Shown piece after piece: positions 24,573 through 34,652 of a stretch of 64,000 bases of DNA (positions within the stretch are counted from its first letter, which is position 1; every line of letters begins with the position of its first letter). The translations under genes and the position numbers were made by a program. This DNA comes from Thermodesulfobacteriota bacterium (GTDB lineage: Bacteria; Desulfobacterota_D; UBA1144; Nemesobacterales; Mycalebacteriaceae): positions 1,152,001 through 1,216,000 of the forward strand of contig OZ245366.1 in the NCBI GenBank assembly GCA_965226585.1, read 5' to 3'. The notes beneath the pieces were generated by a model. It had not been told where the DNA came from. It saw only the letters and a program-made list of their open reading frames with translations, and searched no databases.

Positions 24573-24714
24573 CGGAACACCTCCTGTGAAGACTCGGCTC
24601 CGAAACAACCGCGATGCTTTCGCCGCGTTCCGGCAGAACCGAAATTTGCTCCCGTTTGCTACGGAAGCGAAAGGATTATATGCGTAAGAGAGAATTTTTC
24701 AAGCGGAATTCCGG

Positions 24715-26655
24715 TCAAACGGCGAGAGACACCGCCACGAGGATGACAATCGCCGCCGCCATTGCCGCCGTGTACGCCCTTACAAAACCGGTTTGGAGAA
24801 TACTCAGAAAACCCGCAAAACCTTTTGCGATACGCGCAAGCCCGTTCACCGCGCCGTCAACAACGAGGAGGTCAAACCGCGCGAGAGCGTCTGAAAAATG
24901 GCGGAACGGGGCGACAAAAACAGAGCCGTAAAACTCATCCAGTTGAACACGGGAAAGGGAAAAACTCTTGAGCGAGGAAACCGGGGAGAACTTGAGCAGA
25001 AAACCGCAGATGCGGCTGTTTGTGCAAATAATAAGGGCGGAAACTATGCCCGTTGCCGCCGCGCCGGTTGAAACAACGGCAAGCGTCTCATGGCTGAGAC
25101 CGGAAGACGAATAGCCGTAATCGGGAACCATCGCGGCAAGCGGCTCAAGAAAGTGCGAAAGCATCTCCGTTTTAACCGGTATGAACTCCCCGATAAAATG
25201 CGGAACCGAAAGAAAGCCGCCGCCCGCTGAAAGCGCGGCAAGCAGTATCAGGGGGAAAGTCATCACAAACGGGGATTCGTGAATTTTGGAAGCGGCGGGA
25301 GCGGGTGTGTTGTTTTTCCCCTCAAAAATGCGGACGTAAAGCCGCGTCATGTAGAAACCCGTAAGCAGAGCGGCAAAAACCGCCGCGCCCCAGTGAATAA
25401 AAAATCCCGCGTCATAAAGAGAGGCGAGAATGGAATCCTTGCTGAAAAATCCCGCAAAAAGAGGCACGCCGGAAATCGCCAGAGTTCCGATGAGAAAGGT
25501 GAAAGCGGTAAGCGGTATCTTCTTTCTGAGACCGCCCATATCGCCCATATCCTGCAAACCGCCCAGAGAGTGAATCACGCTTCCCGCGCCGAGAAAAAGA
25601 AGCGCCTTGAAAAACGCGTGAGTTACCAGATGAAAAATCGCGACCGCAAACGCCCCCGCCCCCGCCGCCATAAACATAAATCCCAACTGGCTGACGGTTG
25701 AATACGCGAGAACCTTTTTTATGTCTGTTTGAGACAGCGCGATAAAAGCCGCTATCAGCGCGGTGGCAACGGCAACCGTAAGGACAACAAACTGCGCGTC
25801 CGGCGAGGCGGAAAACATAACCGCGCCGCGAGCAAGCATATAAATTCCGGCGGTTACCATAGTGGCGGCGTGTATAAGCGCGCTAACGGGCGTGGGTCCC
25901 GCCATTGCGTCGGGAAGCCACACGTAGAGCGGAAACTGAGCCGATTTGCCCGCCGCGCCGAAAAACAGGAGAAGGCATATCGCCGTCAACACCGCCGTGT
26001 CTGCCTGACCGACTGATGAGAAAACTTCAGAGAACTCAAGAGTGCCAAATGTAACAAACACGAGGAAAATGCCGAGAAGAAAACCGAAATCCCCTATCCT
26101 GTTCACAACAAACGCCTTCCTTCCCGCGTCCGCATTTTCCGTTTTGTTGAACCAGAAACCGATAAGCAGATAAGACACAAAACCAACCCCTTCCCATCCC
26201 GCGAACAGAACCGCGAAACCGGACGCGAGCACAAGCACGAGCATAAAAAACACGAACAATCCAAGCAGGGTGAAGTATCTCGCGGCGGAACGGTCTCCGT
26301 GTATGTAGCCGATTGAATAGAGGTGGATAAGGAAGCCAACCCAGGTGATAACAAGAGACATAACGGCGGAAAGGCGGTCAAAAACAAAACTGAAACTTAC
26401 CGACAGATCGCCCGATGAAAACCAGTTGAACATCTCAAACCGTGTCGCTTCGGCGCCCGTGAAAATGCCGTAAGTGAGAAACCCAGCCGCGGCGGCGGAC
26501 ACAAGAACCGCAAGGGCGGCGACCGCTCCCGAAGCCCTCTCCTCAAAAGCGGGGGAAACACCGAACACCCGCCGGGCGAGGCCGCTTGAGAGAAAAGCCC
26601 CGTTCACAAACGCGCCCGCAAGCGGGGCAAAAAGCAGTAAGGCAAAGACAGTCAT
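24715..26655 (-). CDS. nuoL: NADH-quinone oxidoreductase subunit L
   Basis: GWEGVG, NRIGD, GKSAQFPLYVWLPDAMAGPTPVSALIHAATMV, DIKKVLAYSTVSQLG, HAFFKALLF. Confidence 0.95.
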   Translation of the reverse strand: MTVFALLLFAPLAGAFVNGAFLSSGLARRVFGVSPAFEERASGAVAALAVLVSAAAAGFLTYGIFTGAEATRFEMFNWFSSGDLSVSFSFVFDRLSAVMSLVITWVGFLIHLYSIGYIHGDRSAARYFTLLGLFVFFMLVLVLASGFAVLFAGWEGVGFVSYLLIGFWFNKTENADAGRKAFVVNRIGDFGFLLGIFLVFVTFGTLEFSEVFSSVGQADTAVLTAICLLLFFGAAGKSAQFPLYVWLPDAMAGPTPVSALIHAATMVTAGIYMLARGAVMFSASPDAQFVVLTVAVATALIAAFIALSQTDIKKVLAYSTVSQLGFMFMAAGAGAFAVAIFHLVTHAFFKALLFLGAGSVIHSLGGLQDMGDMGGLRKKIPLTAFTFLIGTLAISGVPLFAGFFSKDSILASLYDAGFFIHWGAAVFAALLTGFYMTRLYVRIFEGKNNTPAPAASKIHESPFVMTFPLILLAALSAGGGFLSVPHFIGEFIPVKTEMLSHFLEPLAAMVPDYGYSSSGLSHETLAVVSTGAAATGIVSALIICTNSRICGFLLKFSPVSSLKSFSLSRVQLDEFYGSVFVAPFRHFSDALARFDLLVVDGAVNGLARIAKGFAGFLSILQTGFVRAYTAAMAAAIVILVAVSLAV

Positions 26656-26955
26656 TTATCCGCGAAAGTTCCTTATAAGGTCTATGTTCAAACTTTTCAG
26701 CCCGGAATGGAGAACAACCACAAGGGCGAGCCCAAGGGCGACTTCAGACGCCGCGACCGTTATGGAAACAAGCACCAGAATATTTCCCGCGCCGTCTTCA
26801 AGAAGCCGCGAAAAGGTTACAAGGCACAGGTTTGCGGCGTTAAGCATAATCTCAACCGACATCAGCACAACAAGTATGTTTTTGCGCGTAAAGACACCGA
26901 AAGCGCCGATAACAAAAAGCGCGAAAGAGAGCGCGATGTATCCGTCCGGGGTCAA
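26656..26955 (-). CDS. nuoK: NADH-quinone oxidoreductase subunit K
   Basis: LMSVEIMLNAANL, VAASEVALGLAL. Lies between nuoJ and nuoL. Confidence 0.93.
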   Translation of the reverse strand: MTPDGYIALSFALFVIGAFGVFTRKNILVVLMSVEIMLNAANLCLVTFSRLLEDGAGNILVLVSITVAASEVALGLALVVVLHSGLKSLNIDLIRNFRG

Positions 26956-27449
26956 CGAAGCCCCCTTGAAACGGCAACTGTTCCAATAATCGCCGCCACT
27001 ATGAGAAGCGAAGTTACTTCAAACGCCAGCAGGTATTCGGTGAGAAGCAAACGCGCCACGCCCGCCGCGCCGCCGTCAAACTGCCCTCCCCCGCCTTCCG
27101 CCGCGAAGGGAACTATCTGTTTTCCGAAATACGCCGCCGCCCCGGCGGCGGGGATAAGAAAGGTCAGTTTTTTCGCCGCGCCTGAGGAGCCGAATTCCTC
27201 CCCGCTTTTGCGCGCATTGAGAAACACGATTGTGAAAAGAAAAAGCACAACTATCGCCCCCGCGTAGACCAGAACCTGAACCGCCGCCAGAAAGTGGGCG
27301 TCAAGAATTCCGAACAGAACGGCGGATGAAATTATTGTCGCGACAAGAGCTATCGCGCTGAACGCGGTATTTTGAAGTAGAACAACGGCTATCGCCGAGA
27401 CAACGGCTGCCGCTGAAAAAATGTAAAAGAAAAGCGACTCGGCGGGCAT
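26952..27449 (-). CDS. nuoJ: NADH-quinone oxidoreductase subunit J
   Basis: AHFLAAVQVLVYAGAIVVLFLF, YLLAFEVTSLLI. Confidence 0.93.
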   Translation of the reverse strand: MPAESLFFYIFSAAAVVSAIAVVLLQNTAFSAIALVATIISSAVLFGILDAHFLAAVQVLVYAGAIVVLFLFTIVFLNARKSGEEFGSSGAAKKLTFLIPAAGAAAYFGKQIVPFAAEGGGGQFDGGAAGVARLLLTEYLLAFEVTSLLIVAAIIGTVAVSRGLR

Positions 27450-27553
27450 TTGGTTGAAACTTTACAGAAACCAGGCTTATAAATCAAAGCGGGCGCGCGC
27501 TTGTTTGACTTCGCCGATGTGTGTTATCATACACCGACAGGGGGAGAATTAAG

Positions 27554-27796
27554 ATGACCTCATTAAACGTAGCCGAAGCCCGCAAAATGCTGGCAAAGTT
27601 GATGGACAAAACCACAGAGACGCATGAGCCGATTCTTATCACAGGAAAGCAGTCAAACGCGGTTCTTGTCTCGGAAAGCGACTGGAACGCGATAGAGGAA
27701 ACCCTTCATCTCCTTTCAATAGAGGGAATGAAGGAGTCAATCACAAAGGGAATGAAAGAGCCGGCAGGCAAGTATTCAAAGGAACTTGACTGGTGA
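27554..27796 (+). CDS. yefM: Phd/YefM antitoxin
   Basis: EARKML...HEPILIT...AVLVSESDWNAIEETLHLLS. GGGAG RBS. GTGA overlap with the toxin gene. Confidence 0.9.
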   Translation: MTSLNVAEARKMLAKLMDKTTETHEPILITGKQSNAVLVSESDWNAIEETLHLLSIEGMKESITKGMKEPAGKYSKELDW

Positions 27797-28053
27797 GTTG
27801 GCAGGTAGTCTATGCAAAACAGGCGCAAAAAGACGCGAAGAAACTCTCGCAAGCCGGACTTAAAAGCAACGCCGAAAAACTGCTAAAACTTCTTGAGAAA
27901 AACCCCTTTCAAAACCCGCCCCCTTACGAAAAACTCGTCGGAGACCTTTCGGGAGCGTATTCGCGAAGAATAAACATCCAGCACAGACTTGTTTATCAGA
28001 TTTTGGAAAAGGAAAAAATTGTCAAAGTTCTGCGTTTGTGGACGCATTACTGA
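27793..28053 (+). CDS. yoeB: Txe/YoeB toxin
   Basis: NPFQNPPPYEKLVGDLSGAYSRRINIQHRLVY...LWTHY. Confidence 0.93.
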   Translation: MSWQVVYAKQAQKDAKKLSQAGLKSNAEKLLKLLEKNPFQNPPPYEKLVGDLSGAYSRRINIQHRLVYQILEKEKIVKVLRLWTHY

Positions 28054-28724
28054 CTGTTCACACCAACCCTCATACATAACTTTCTCACCGGACACTCTCC
28101 GCACTTGGGCGAGACGGGTTTGCACACCGTCTGCCCGAACGCCACAAGCAAGCCGTTGTATTCAATCCAATACTTGCGGGGCAGTTTTTCGCGCAGGGCG
28201 CACTCGGTTTTGTCGGGCGTTTTTGTGGAAACATACCCAAGACGGTTTGAGATTCTGTGGACGTGTATGTCAACGCAAATCCCCGGCTTTCCGTAGCCGA
28301 GAGTTACAACAAGATTGGCGGTTTTCCTTCCCACACCCCGAAACTCTGTCAACTCGTCTATCGTGTCCGGCACTTTGCCGCCGCAATCAGATTCAAGACG
28401 CGCGCAAAGTTCAATGATGTTTGCCGCCTTTGTTTTGTAAAAACCAACCGGATAGATGAGGGCACGCAACCTTTTCTCTCCAAGGGCGATGATGCCGCGC
28501 GGGGTTTTTGCCTCGGCAAACAGCCTTGCCGAAGCGGCGGCGGTGGTTTCATCTCTTGTTCGCAAACTGAGAACCGTTGACACAAGTATTCTGAAAGGGT
28601 CTCCGCCGTGGACGGAATTAAGACTCATAACCGGCGGCTTCCAGGCGCGAGACTCTTTTCTGAGAATGGAGACAACCTTTGATATGTCAGAATCTTTGAA
28701 CACGCGCTTTGATGACTGCCGCAT
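28047..28724 (-). CDS. nth: Endonuclease III
   Basis: PFRILVSTVLS, HhH motif GVGRKTAN, VDIHVHRI, Fe-S motif CKPVSPKCGECPVRKLC. Start placed at ATG 28724. Confidence 0.93.
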   Translation of the reverse strand: MRQSSKRVFKDSDISKVVSILRKESRAWKPPVMSLNSVHGGDPFRILVSTVLSLRTRDETTAAASARLFAEAKTPRGIIALGEKRLRALIYPVGFYKTKAANIIELCARLESDCGGKVPDTIDELTEFRGVGRKTANLVVTLGYGKPGICVDIHVHRISNRLGYVSTKTPDKTECALREKLPRKYWIEYNGLLVAFGQTVCKPVSPKCGECPVRKLCMRVGVNSQ

Positions 28725-28753
28725 TTGAAAACTACCGGAGCGGCGCGGGAAAC

Positions 28754-29797
28754 TTACGCTCTGAAAATCTCGCGTGTAACAATCTTTGTAACCCACTTTT
28801 CCAGTTTCTCCCGCGACATCCTTCCGCCCAGCATTTCTCTTACGCCCCTGACCGGAAGAACAACCTTCGCCGCAGACCTGTGTCCGCCTCCTCCGCCCTG
28901 TTTCAAACGCTCGTGCAGAACCCGTCCGCTTCCGCCGTCTGACGCGAATATATGGAATATATCCCGCGCCACTTTGCCCGCGCTTTTCACATATCCCACG
29001 TTTCGCAAAGACATAACAAAATGAGAATCGCGGAGTATGCCGAACGAAACCACCCATTCAGAGTCTTTCGCCTGCATACAGAAATCCGCCATTTTGGGAA
29101 TCATATATTCCCTTTCCACCTTGCCGAGGTTGACGAAAATAACCTTGCGCTTTACCCAGTGGCGGGCGAGAGAGTTGCCGAAAATTGTCAGTTCCTCAGA
29201 CGGCATTTCCGCCTTTTCAATCTTTTTGAGCAGTCCGAGATTCGCCTTTTTATACAGAAAAGTGAACGCCTCAACATCTTCGTCATCGGCGTCTCGGGCA
29301 AGGGAAAAGGTGTCTGTCTTTATGCCGTAGAGAAGCGCGGTCGCGAGCCGTTCTGAAATCTCAACATCAGAAGCCCTCAACAGAGCGGTCATGATTGTTG
29401 AAGTCGCGCCCTCTGAAACGCTTATCTTTGAAAAAACCGCTTCATAACTTCCCACTTCGGGATGGTGGTCTATAACGGAGTCAACCTTTGTTAAAGCCCC
29501 TCTGAAAAACGGCGGCTGAACATCAACCATCGCCACGGAGTCAAACTCTGAAACGCGGTCAACCGTAAGCGGGGTAATGTCTATCTCAAGCAGTTCCATC
29601 ATCGCAACATTTTCGGGGCGCGAAACGGTTGCGCCGAAATGCCCTATGGTGGCGGTCTGTTTGTTTCTTCCGAGCACCGCTCTGAGGGCAAGCGCGCTCG
29701 CCATCGCGTCCGGGTCGGGGTGGTCGTGAAGAAGGATAAGAATTCTGTCTTTGCCTTCGTGCGCCTTTCTCAGTTTCTTCACAAGAGATTTGCTCAA
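28754..29797 (-). CDS. DHH-family phosphoesterase
   Basis: HDHPDPDA, VD, IDHH, GIKTDT, GGGH. Confidence 0.88.
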   Translation of the reverse strand: MSKSLVKKLRKAHEGKDRILILLHDHPDPDAMASALALRAVLGRNKQTATIGHFGATVSRPENVAMMELLEIDITPLTVDRVSEFDSVAMVDVQPPFFRGALTKVDSVIDHHPEVGSYEAVFSKISVSEGATSTIMTALLRASDVEISERLATALLYGIKTDTFSLARDADDEDVEAFTFLYKKANLGLLKKIEKAEMPSEELTIFGNSLARHWVKRKVIFVNLGKVEREYMIPKMADFCMQAKDSEWVVSFGILRDSHFVMSLRNVGYVKSAGKVARDIFHIFASDGGSGRVLHERLKQGGGGGHRSAAKVVLPVRGVREMLGGRMSREKLEKWVTKIVTREIFRA

Positions 29798-30612
29798 TTC
29801 GCGCCTCCCCTTTCACACGCCCCGGAAAGAGAGGAGACAAACTGCCCGATTTTTTCGGGAGCGGATGAGGGGTTTTCCTCAACAATTTTCATTATCGCGC
29901 TTCCCACTATCACGGCGTCTGCGAAAGACGCCACTTTGCCCGCCTGCGCGGGAGTTGAAATTCCGAAACCCACTCCCACCGGAAGCCCGGTGCTTTCCCT
30001 GATTTTACCGACAAGCGGTGAAAGCGAATCGCCTCCCGCATAATCCATATCGGGGCGCGCTCCCGTAACTCCGGTGATTGACACAAGGTAGATAAACCCT
30101 CCGGCAACATCGCGCACGGCGGCTATTCTGTCGTCATTTGTGTTGGGGGAAAGAAGAAACACCTGATCCATTCCGTTCTCTTTCAGGCGGCTTGAGAACT
30201 CCGCCGCCTCTTCGGGCGGAAGGTCAACCGCGAGTATGCCGTCTGCTCCGGCGGCTTTGGAATCAGAGGCAAGCCGCTTTGAGCCGTAGGTGAGAAATGG
30301 GTTTGAGTATCCGAAAAGAAGGATTGGAATGTCTGAGTTTTCCCTGATGTTCCGCACGGTTTGCAAAACCTTTTCAAGGGTGGTTCCCGATTCAAGCGCC
30401 CTTTCGCAAGCCCTTTGTATAACGGGACCGTCCGCCATCGGGTCTGAAAACGGGATGCCGATTTCCAGTATGTCGGCTCCCGCCGCCGCAATCTCTGCGG
30501 CAATTTTCTCCGTCATCTCAAGAGACGGGTCTCCCGCCGTCAGGTAGCACACAAGCGCCGCCCTGTCGCGCTTTTTCAGTTCGGAGAACTTTTTTCCTAT
30601 CGCGCTGGTCAT
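29794..30612 (-). CDS. trpA: Tryptophan synthase alpha chain
   Basis: YLTAGDP, EIGIPFSDPMADGPVIQ, GVTGAR, VGFGIS, IVGSA. Confidence 0.97.
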   Translation of the reverse strand: MTSAIGKKFSELKKRDRAALVCYLTAGDPSLEMTEKIAAEIAAAGADILEIGIPFSDPMADGPVIQRACERALESGTTLEKVLQTVRNIRENSDIPILLFGYSNPFLTYGSKRLASDSKAAGADGILAVDLPPEEAAEFSSRLKENGMDQVFLLSPNTNDDRIAAVRDVAGGFIYLVSITGVTGARPDMDYAGGDSLSPLVGKIRESTGLPVGVGFGISTPAQAGKVASFADAVIVGSAIMKIVEENPSSAPEKIGQFVSSLSGACERGGAN

Positions 30613-30715
30613 ATGTTTTAAGAAAAGAGCCGGAAATGGCAGTATCGCCCGCCTCCTCATGCGGACGGGTGGAGTATATCTGTAAAAGGGGATTGGTCAA
30701 TTAAAAAGCGGGGTG

Positions 30716-32149
30716 TTACCACTTCCTCACGCGTAACTCCTCATTGCCTGATGAAACCAGCACTTGATACCGCTCGTAGTTGTTAATCACAAACTCATCA
30801 CTCAGAGCCGATATAAGGGATTTATTGCCTCCCGGAGCAACAAGAATAATCTTCGGGGGATTCTCTTTGATTATCGCCAAAGCGTCATAATCGTAGTCGC
30901 GGAAAGTGTGGTAGGCATCAAGGCAATATCCCCGGTGCGTACAAAACCAGAAAAAATCCGCGTCTTTTCTGAAAAGATTTGCCGGGTATCCGATATAAGT
31001 GTCTTGAGGGGAAGAGTTGACGCGCACAAACTCAAGAACAGCCAGCCTTCCCGCCTTTTCTTTTCCAAGTTGCGCCGCCCCCGATATCAAAGAAGGAGCG
31101 GAAAGTATCACAAGAAACGCGAGACATATTTTTATTGTTAAATCACCGGAAATACGGCGCAGAGATGAAGCGGCAACTATCGCGGCGAACGGAGACGCGG
31201 CAAGCAGATATTGCGGAAACGGTGTTTTTACAAGAAAGATTGACAAAAGAAGCCCCGCCGCCGCAACTGCCGTGAGGTTGTGAAGGGCTCCGGCTCTCAA
31301 AAGACAGCCGCGAATAAGCAGGAATACAAAAATCAGCATACTCAACGCCAGAGAAGTACCGTGAAGGGACGACAGAGGAAAGAGCGAGGAAAGCGGGGAA
31401 AACTCTTTAATCAGTCTCATATTTATCAGCCAGTTAAAATCAATATAATTTCCCAAATCCCCGTTGATAAAAAGATGCCCGGCGTAAACCAAACACAGAC
31501 CGCAGAAAATCAGCCAGTATAAGACGAACTGTTTGAGCGGCATTTTTCCGTCATAGACAAAATACAGTTGCCCGATTCCAAAAATGGCGACAAGAAAGAC
31601 GGTTTTTTGAAGGGCAAAAAAGGAAAGAAAAAGACAAACCGCGCTTAAAATCAAATGTTTTCTTGTTCCGCCCGTCATAAAAACAGCAAAGAAATAGAAA
31701 GACGCAACATTAAAAAACACCTGAATAACATCCGGTCTAATCTCCGTTCCCTTGAGTATAAAATAAGGAAACGAGAGCAGAAGAATGACGGAAATTAAAG
31801 ATGTTGTTTTGTTACGATATATTCTGCCGGCAAGTAAAAATGTAACAAAAACAGTCGCCAGAAAAACCAGATAAACAAACAGTTCCGACAGGTGGAAAGC
31901 GAGAAGCGTTTCTCCGCCCATTTTTACAAAAGGAATAAGGGCATAGTAGGAAAGAGGATGATGGTGCTGAAAGAAATCCCTGTATATTGTTTCACCGGCG
32001 GATATTTTCCATGCCGTATGGACGCCTTCAACCTCGTCATGGTCTATTCTGCCAAACAGGGCGTAGTAGGCGGAAAGCAGAGCCAGAAAACCCGCGAGGA
32101 AATAAAGGTATGACAAATTTCCAATCGCTTTTCGTAACACCCCTTTCAT
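30716..32149 (-). CDS. Polytopic membrane glycosyltransferase (GT-C/ArnT-PMT-like)
   Basis: Many transmembrane segments, early loop DHDE...YRDFFQHHHPL, and EIRPD. Directly downstream of a GtrA-like gene. Confidence 0.7.
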   Translation of the reverse strand: MKGVLRKAIGNLSYLYFLAGFLALLSAYYALFGRIDHDEVEGVHTAWKISAGETIYRDFFQHHHPLSYYALIPFVKMGGETLLAFHLSELFVYLVFLATVFVTFLLAGRIYRNKTTSLISVILLLSFPYFILKGTEIRPDVIQVFFNVASFYFFAVFMTGGTRKHLILSAVCLFLSFFALQKTVFLVAIFGIGQLYFVYDGKMPLKQFVLYWLIFCGLCLVYAGHLFINGDLGNYIDFNWLINMRLIKEFSPLSSLFPLSSLHGTSLALSMLIFVFLLIRGCLLRAGALHNLTAVAAAGLLLSIFLVKTPFPQYLLAASPFAAIVAASSLRRISGDLTIKICLAFLVILSAPSLISGAAQLGKEKAGRLAVLEFVRVNSSPQDTYIGYPANLFRKDADFFWFCTHRGYCLDAYHTFRDYDYDALAIIKENPPKIILVAPGGNKSLISALSDEFVINNYERYQVLVSSGNEELRVRKW

Positions 32150-32178
32150 TTTCTTCGTATTTCTCCGCTCTTAATTTC

Positions 32179-32682
32179 TCAATAATCGCTGAAAGCGTAG
32201 TATTTTGTGAGCGCGAAATTGACGAAAAACCCGACTGCAATGGAAAAACAGTTCGCAAGAAATATGCCGTCAAACGGAATCAGGGGCAGTTGGGTAACCT
32301 CGCTCAAGTGGAGACCCTCAACAAGGGTTATCAGCACCACAAGGCTCACCCCAAGCGTAACAAGCCCTGAAACCAGTTTGCGCCAAGACGCTTTTATAAT
32401 CGAACGCCCTTTCAAATCAAAAACGAACTTCACGCAAAGAGCAAAGTTTATTGATGTGCCGATGGCAAATGACGCCATTTTCGCAATTGAATACTCAATC
32501 TCAAAACTGTGCCCAAACAGAACCAGATGGCTTTCAATGTCGGAAACCTCTCTTATCCCCTGAAAAATCAGCACATCCACAACGGCTGAAACAGCCCCGA
32601 CCGCAAAATACTTCACAAATTGCACAAACCATTTTGGCATCTTCCCCGACTTTGAAACCGCGTCTGTTGTAGTCCCGTTCAT
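32179..32682 (-). CDS. GtrA-family lipid-linked sugar translocase
   Basis: QFVKYFAVGAVSAVVD...NFALCVKFVF...NFALTKYYAF, four-helix pattern. Confidence 0.8.
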   Translation of the reverse strand: MNGTTTDAVSKSGKMPKWFVQFVKYFAVGAVSAVVDVLIFQGIREVSDIESHLVLFGHSFEIEYSIAKMASFAIGTSINFALCVKFVFDLKGRSIIKASWRKLVSGLVTLGVSLVVLITLVEGLHLSEVTQLPLIPFDGIFLANCFSIAVGFFVNFALTKYYAFSDY

Positions 32683-32716
32683 AACCTTTTCCGCATCCGC
32701 CCGCAGGCGGGCAAAT

Positions 32717-33904
32717 CTACACCCGTTCCCGCGCCTCCGCAACAATGTCCATATCTTTGTCGCCCCTTCCCGAAAGGCAGATAACTATATTTGAATCCGC
32801 CGCCATATCGCCCGCGACCTTCACAACGTGGGCAACCGCGTGAGAGCTTTCAAGGGCGGGAATAATCCCCTCAGTTGCCGAAAGAAGATAGAAAGCGGAA
32901 AGAGCCTCGTCATCGGAAACGGAAACATAAGACGCAAGCCCGGACTTGCTGAAAAACGAATGTTCGGGACCCACTCCGGGGTAGTCAAGACCGGCGGCGA
33001 TTGAGTGCGCCTCGTTTATCTGCCCGTCCGTGTTTTGGAGAATAAAGGTTCTGCTTCCGTGAAGTATTCCCTCTGAGCCGGTTGTTATGGCGGCAGAGTT
33101 AAGCCCCGCGCCCGCGCCTTTTCCGCCCGCCTCAACGCCAACTTTCAAAACGGCGGGGTCGTCCATAAACGGATGAAAAAGCCCCGCCGCGTTTGAGCCG
33201 CCGCCAACACAGGCAACAACCATATCGGGCTTTTTCATTCCGAGGTCTGCCGTCTGCCATTTAACTTCAGAGCCGATAACAGATTGAAAATCCCGCACCA
33301 TCGTGGGATACGGATGAGGTCCCGCCACGCTTCCTATCACGTAGAAAGTGTCGTCAACATTTGTTATCCAGTCTCTCATCGCCTCGTTCAGAGCGTCTTT
33401 CAAAGTTGCCGTTCCGGTGTCAACCGGATGCACTTCCGCTCCGAGAGACTTCATCCGCAAAAGGTTTGTTTTCTGCCTTTGCGTGTCTTTGCGTCCCATG
33501 TATATCTCGCATTTTTTTCCAAGCAGGGCGCAAACTGTCGCGGTGGCAACGCCGTGCTGTCCGGCTCCCGTTTCGGCGATAATCCTTTCCTTGCCCATTC
33601 TGTCTGCGAGAAGAACCTGCCCCGCCGTGTTGTTTATCTTGTGCGCTCCCGTGTGGGCAAGGTCTTCGCGTTTGAGCCATATTTTTGCGCCGCCCAGTTT
33701 TTCCGTCAGTCTTGCGGCGAAATAAAGCGGCGTGGGTCTGCCGACATAATCTTTGAGAAGTTTTGCCACAGATTCCGCAAAAGCGTCATCCGCCTTTGCT
33801 GAGGCATACGCCTTTTCCAGTTCGGCAAGCGGCGGCATAAGCGTTTCCGAAACAAAACGCCCGCCGAACTCACCGAAAAAACCGTCTTTATGCGGTGTCG
33901 GCAA
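32717..33904 (-). CDS. trpB: Tryptophan synthase beta chain
   Basis: [51 protein letters not shown]. Confidence 0.98.
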   Translation of the reverse strand: MPTPHKDGFFGEFGGRFVSETLMPPLAELEKAYASAKADDAFAESVAKLLKDYVGRPTPLYFAARLTEKLGGAKIWLKREDLAHTGAHKINNTAGQVLLADRMGKERIIAETGAGQHGVATATVCALLGKKCEIYMGRKDTQRQKTNLLRMKSLGAEVHPVDTGTATLKDALNEAMRDWITNVDDTFYVIGSVAGPHPYPTMVRDFQSVIGSEVKWQTADLGMKKPDMVVACVGGGSNAAGLFHPFMDDPAVLKVGVEAGGKGAGAGLNSAAITTGSEGILHGSRTFILQNTDGQINEAHSIAAGLDYPGVGPEHSFFSKSGLASYVSVSDDEALSAFYLLSATEGIIPALESSHAVAHVVKVAGDMAADSNIVICLSGRGDKDMDIVAEARERV

Positions 33905-34511
33905 TTTGAACTTCCTCCATAAAACGCCTCAATTTTTCGGGGTCTTTAACGCCCGCCTTTTTCTCAACGCCCGAACAAACATCAACTGCGTAGGGGCGCG
34001 CGGCTTTAACGGCGGCGGCAACATTGCCTGAGTTAAGTCCGCCCGAAAGGAAAAGGTTTTTCCCTTTCAAATCCAAATTGTTAAGCAAATCCCAGTCAAA
34101 AACCCTGCCCGTTCCGCCGAACTGCCTGTCTGCGAAAGTGTCAAGCAGAACGAAGTTGGAATCGTAGAGGTCTATCTCCTTCAAACTGTCTCTGTTTTTC
34201 ACCCTGACCGCCTTCATATACGGAACCGGAATTCCTTTGCAGAACTCCGGAGTTTCATCGCCGTGAACCTGAACCAGATCCAGCCCCGCCGTTTCCGCTG
34301 CGGACACGATGAAACCGATATCCTGATTCACAAAAACGCCCGCTTTTACAACCTTTGAGGGCAGAACCGAAGCGGCGCGCCCCGCGGCGGACGGCTCAAT
34401 GTGGCGGCGGCTTCCGGGATAGAAAATAAAACCCACCGCGGCGGCTCCCATGTCTGCCGCCATTTGCGCGTCATCTGCGCCCGTTATTCCGCAAACTTTC
34501 ACTCTGGTCAT
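33888..34511 (-). CDS. trpF: Phosphoribosylanthranilate isomerase
   Basis: [36 protein letters not shown]. Confidence 0.96.
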   Translation of the reverse strand: MTRVKVCGITGADDAQMAADMGAAAVGFIFYPGSRRHIEPSAAGRAASVLPSKVVKAGVFVNQDIGFIVSAAETAGLDLVQVHGDETPEFCKGIPVPYMKAVRVKNRDSLKEIDLYDSNFVLLDTFADRQFGGTGRVFDWDLLNNLDLKGKNLFLSGGLNSGNVAAAVKAARPYAVDVCSGVEKKAGVKDPEKLRRFMEEVQIADTA

Positions 34512-34652
34512 ATCGGCAGGGGCTAATATAACACAGACACAGGATAAAGCGGATTGCGCGGCGGGTGAGAATTATTGCGGAAAAACCGCTTGTCGTATAA
34601 ATTGCGGCGGAGAAACGGACGGATATTTCTCCAAAGTTGACAGAGAGCAAAA

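Noticed and set aside
28725..29057. 111-aa N-terminal extension of endonuclease III
   Set aside because: It overlaps the DHH gene in another frame. The Nth-like sequence begins near ATG 28724.
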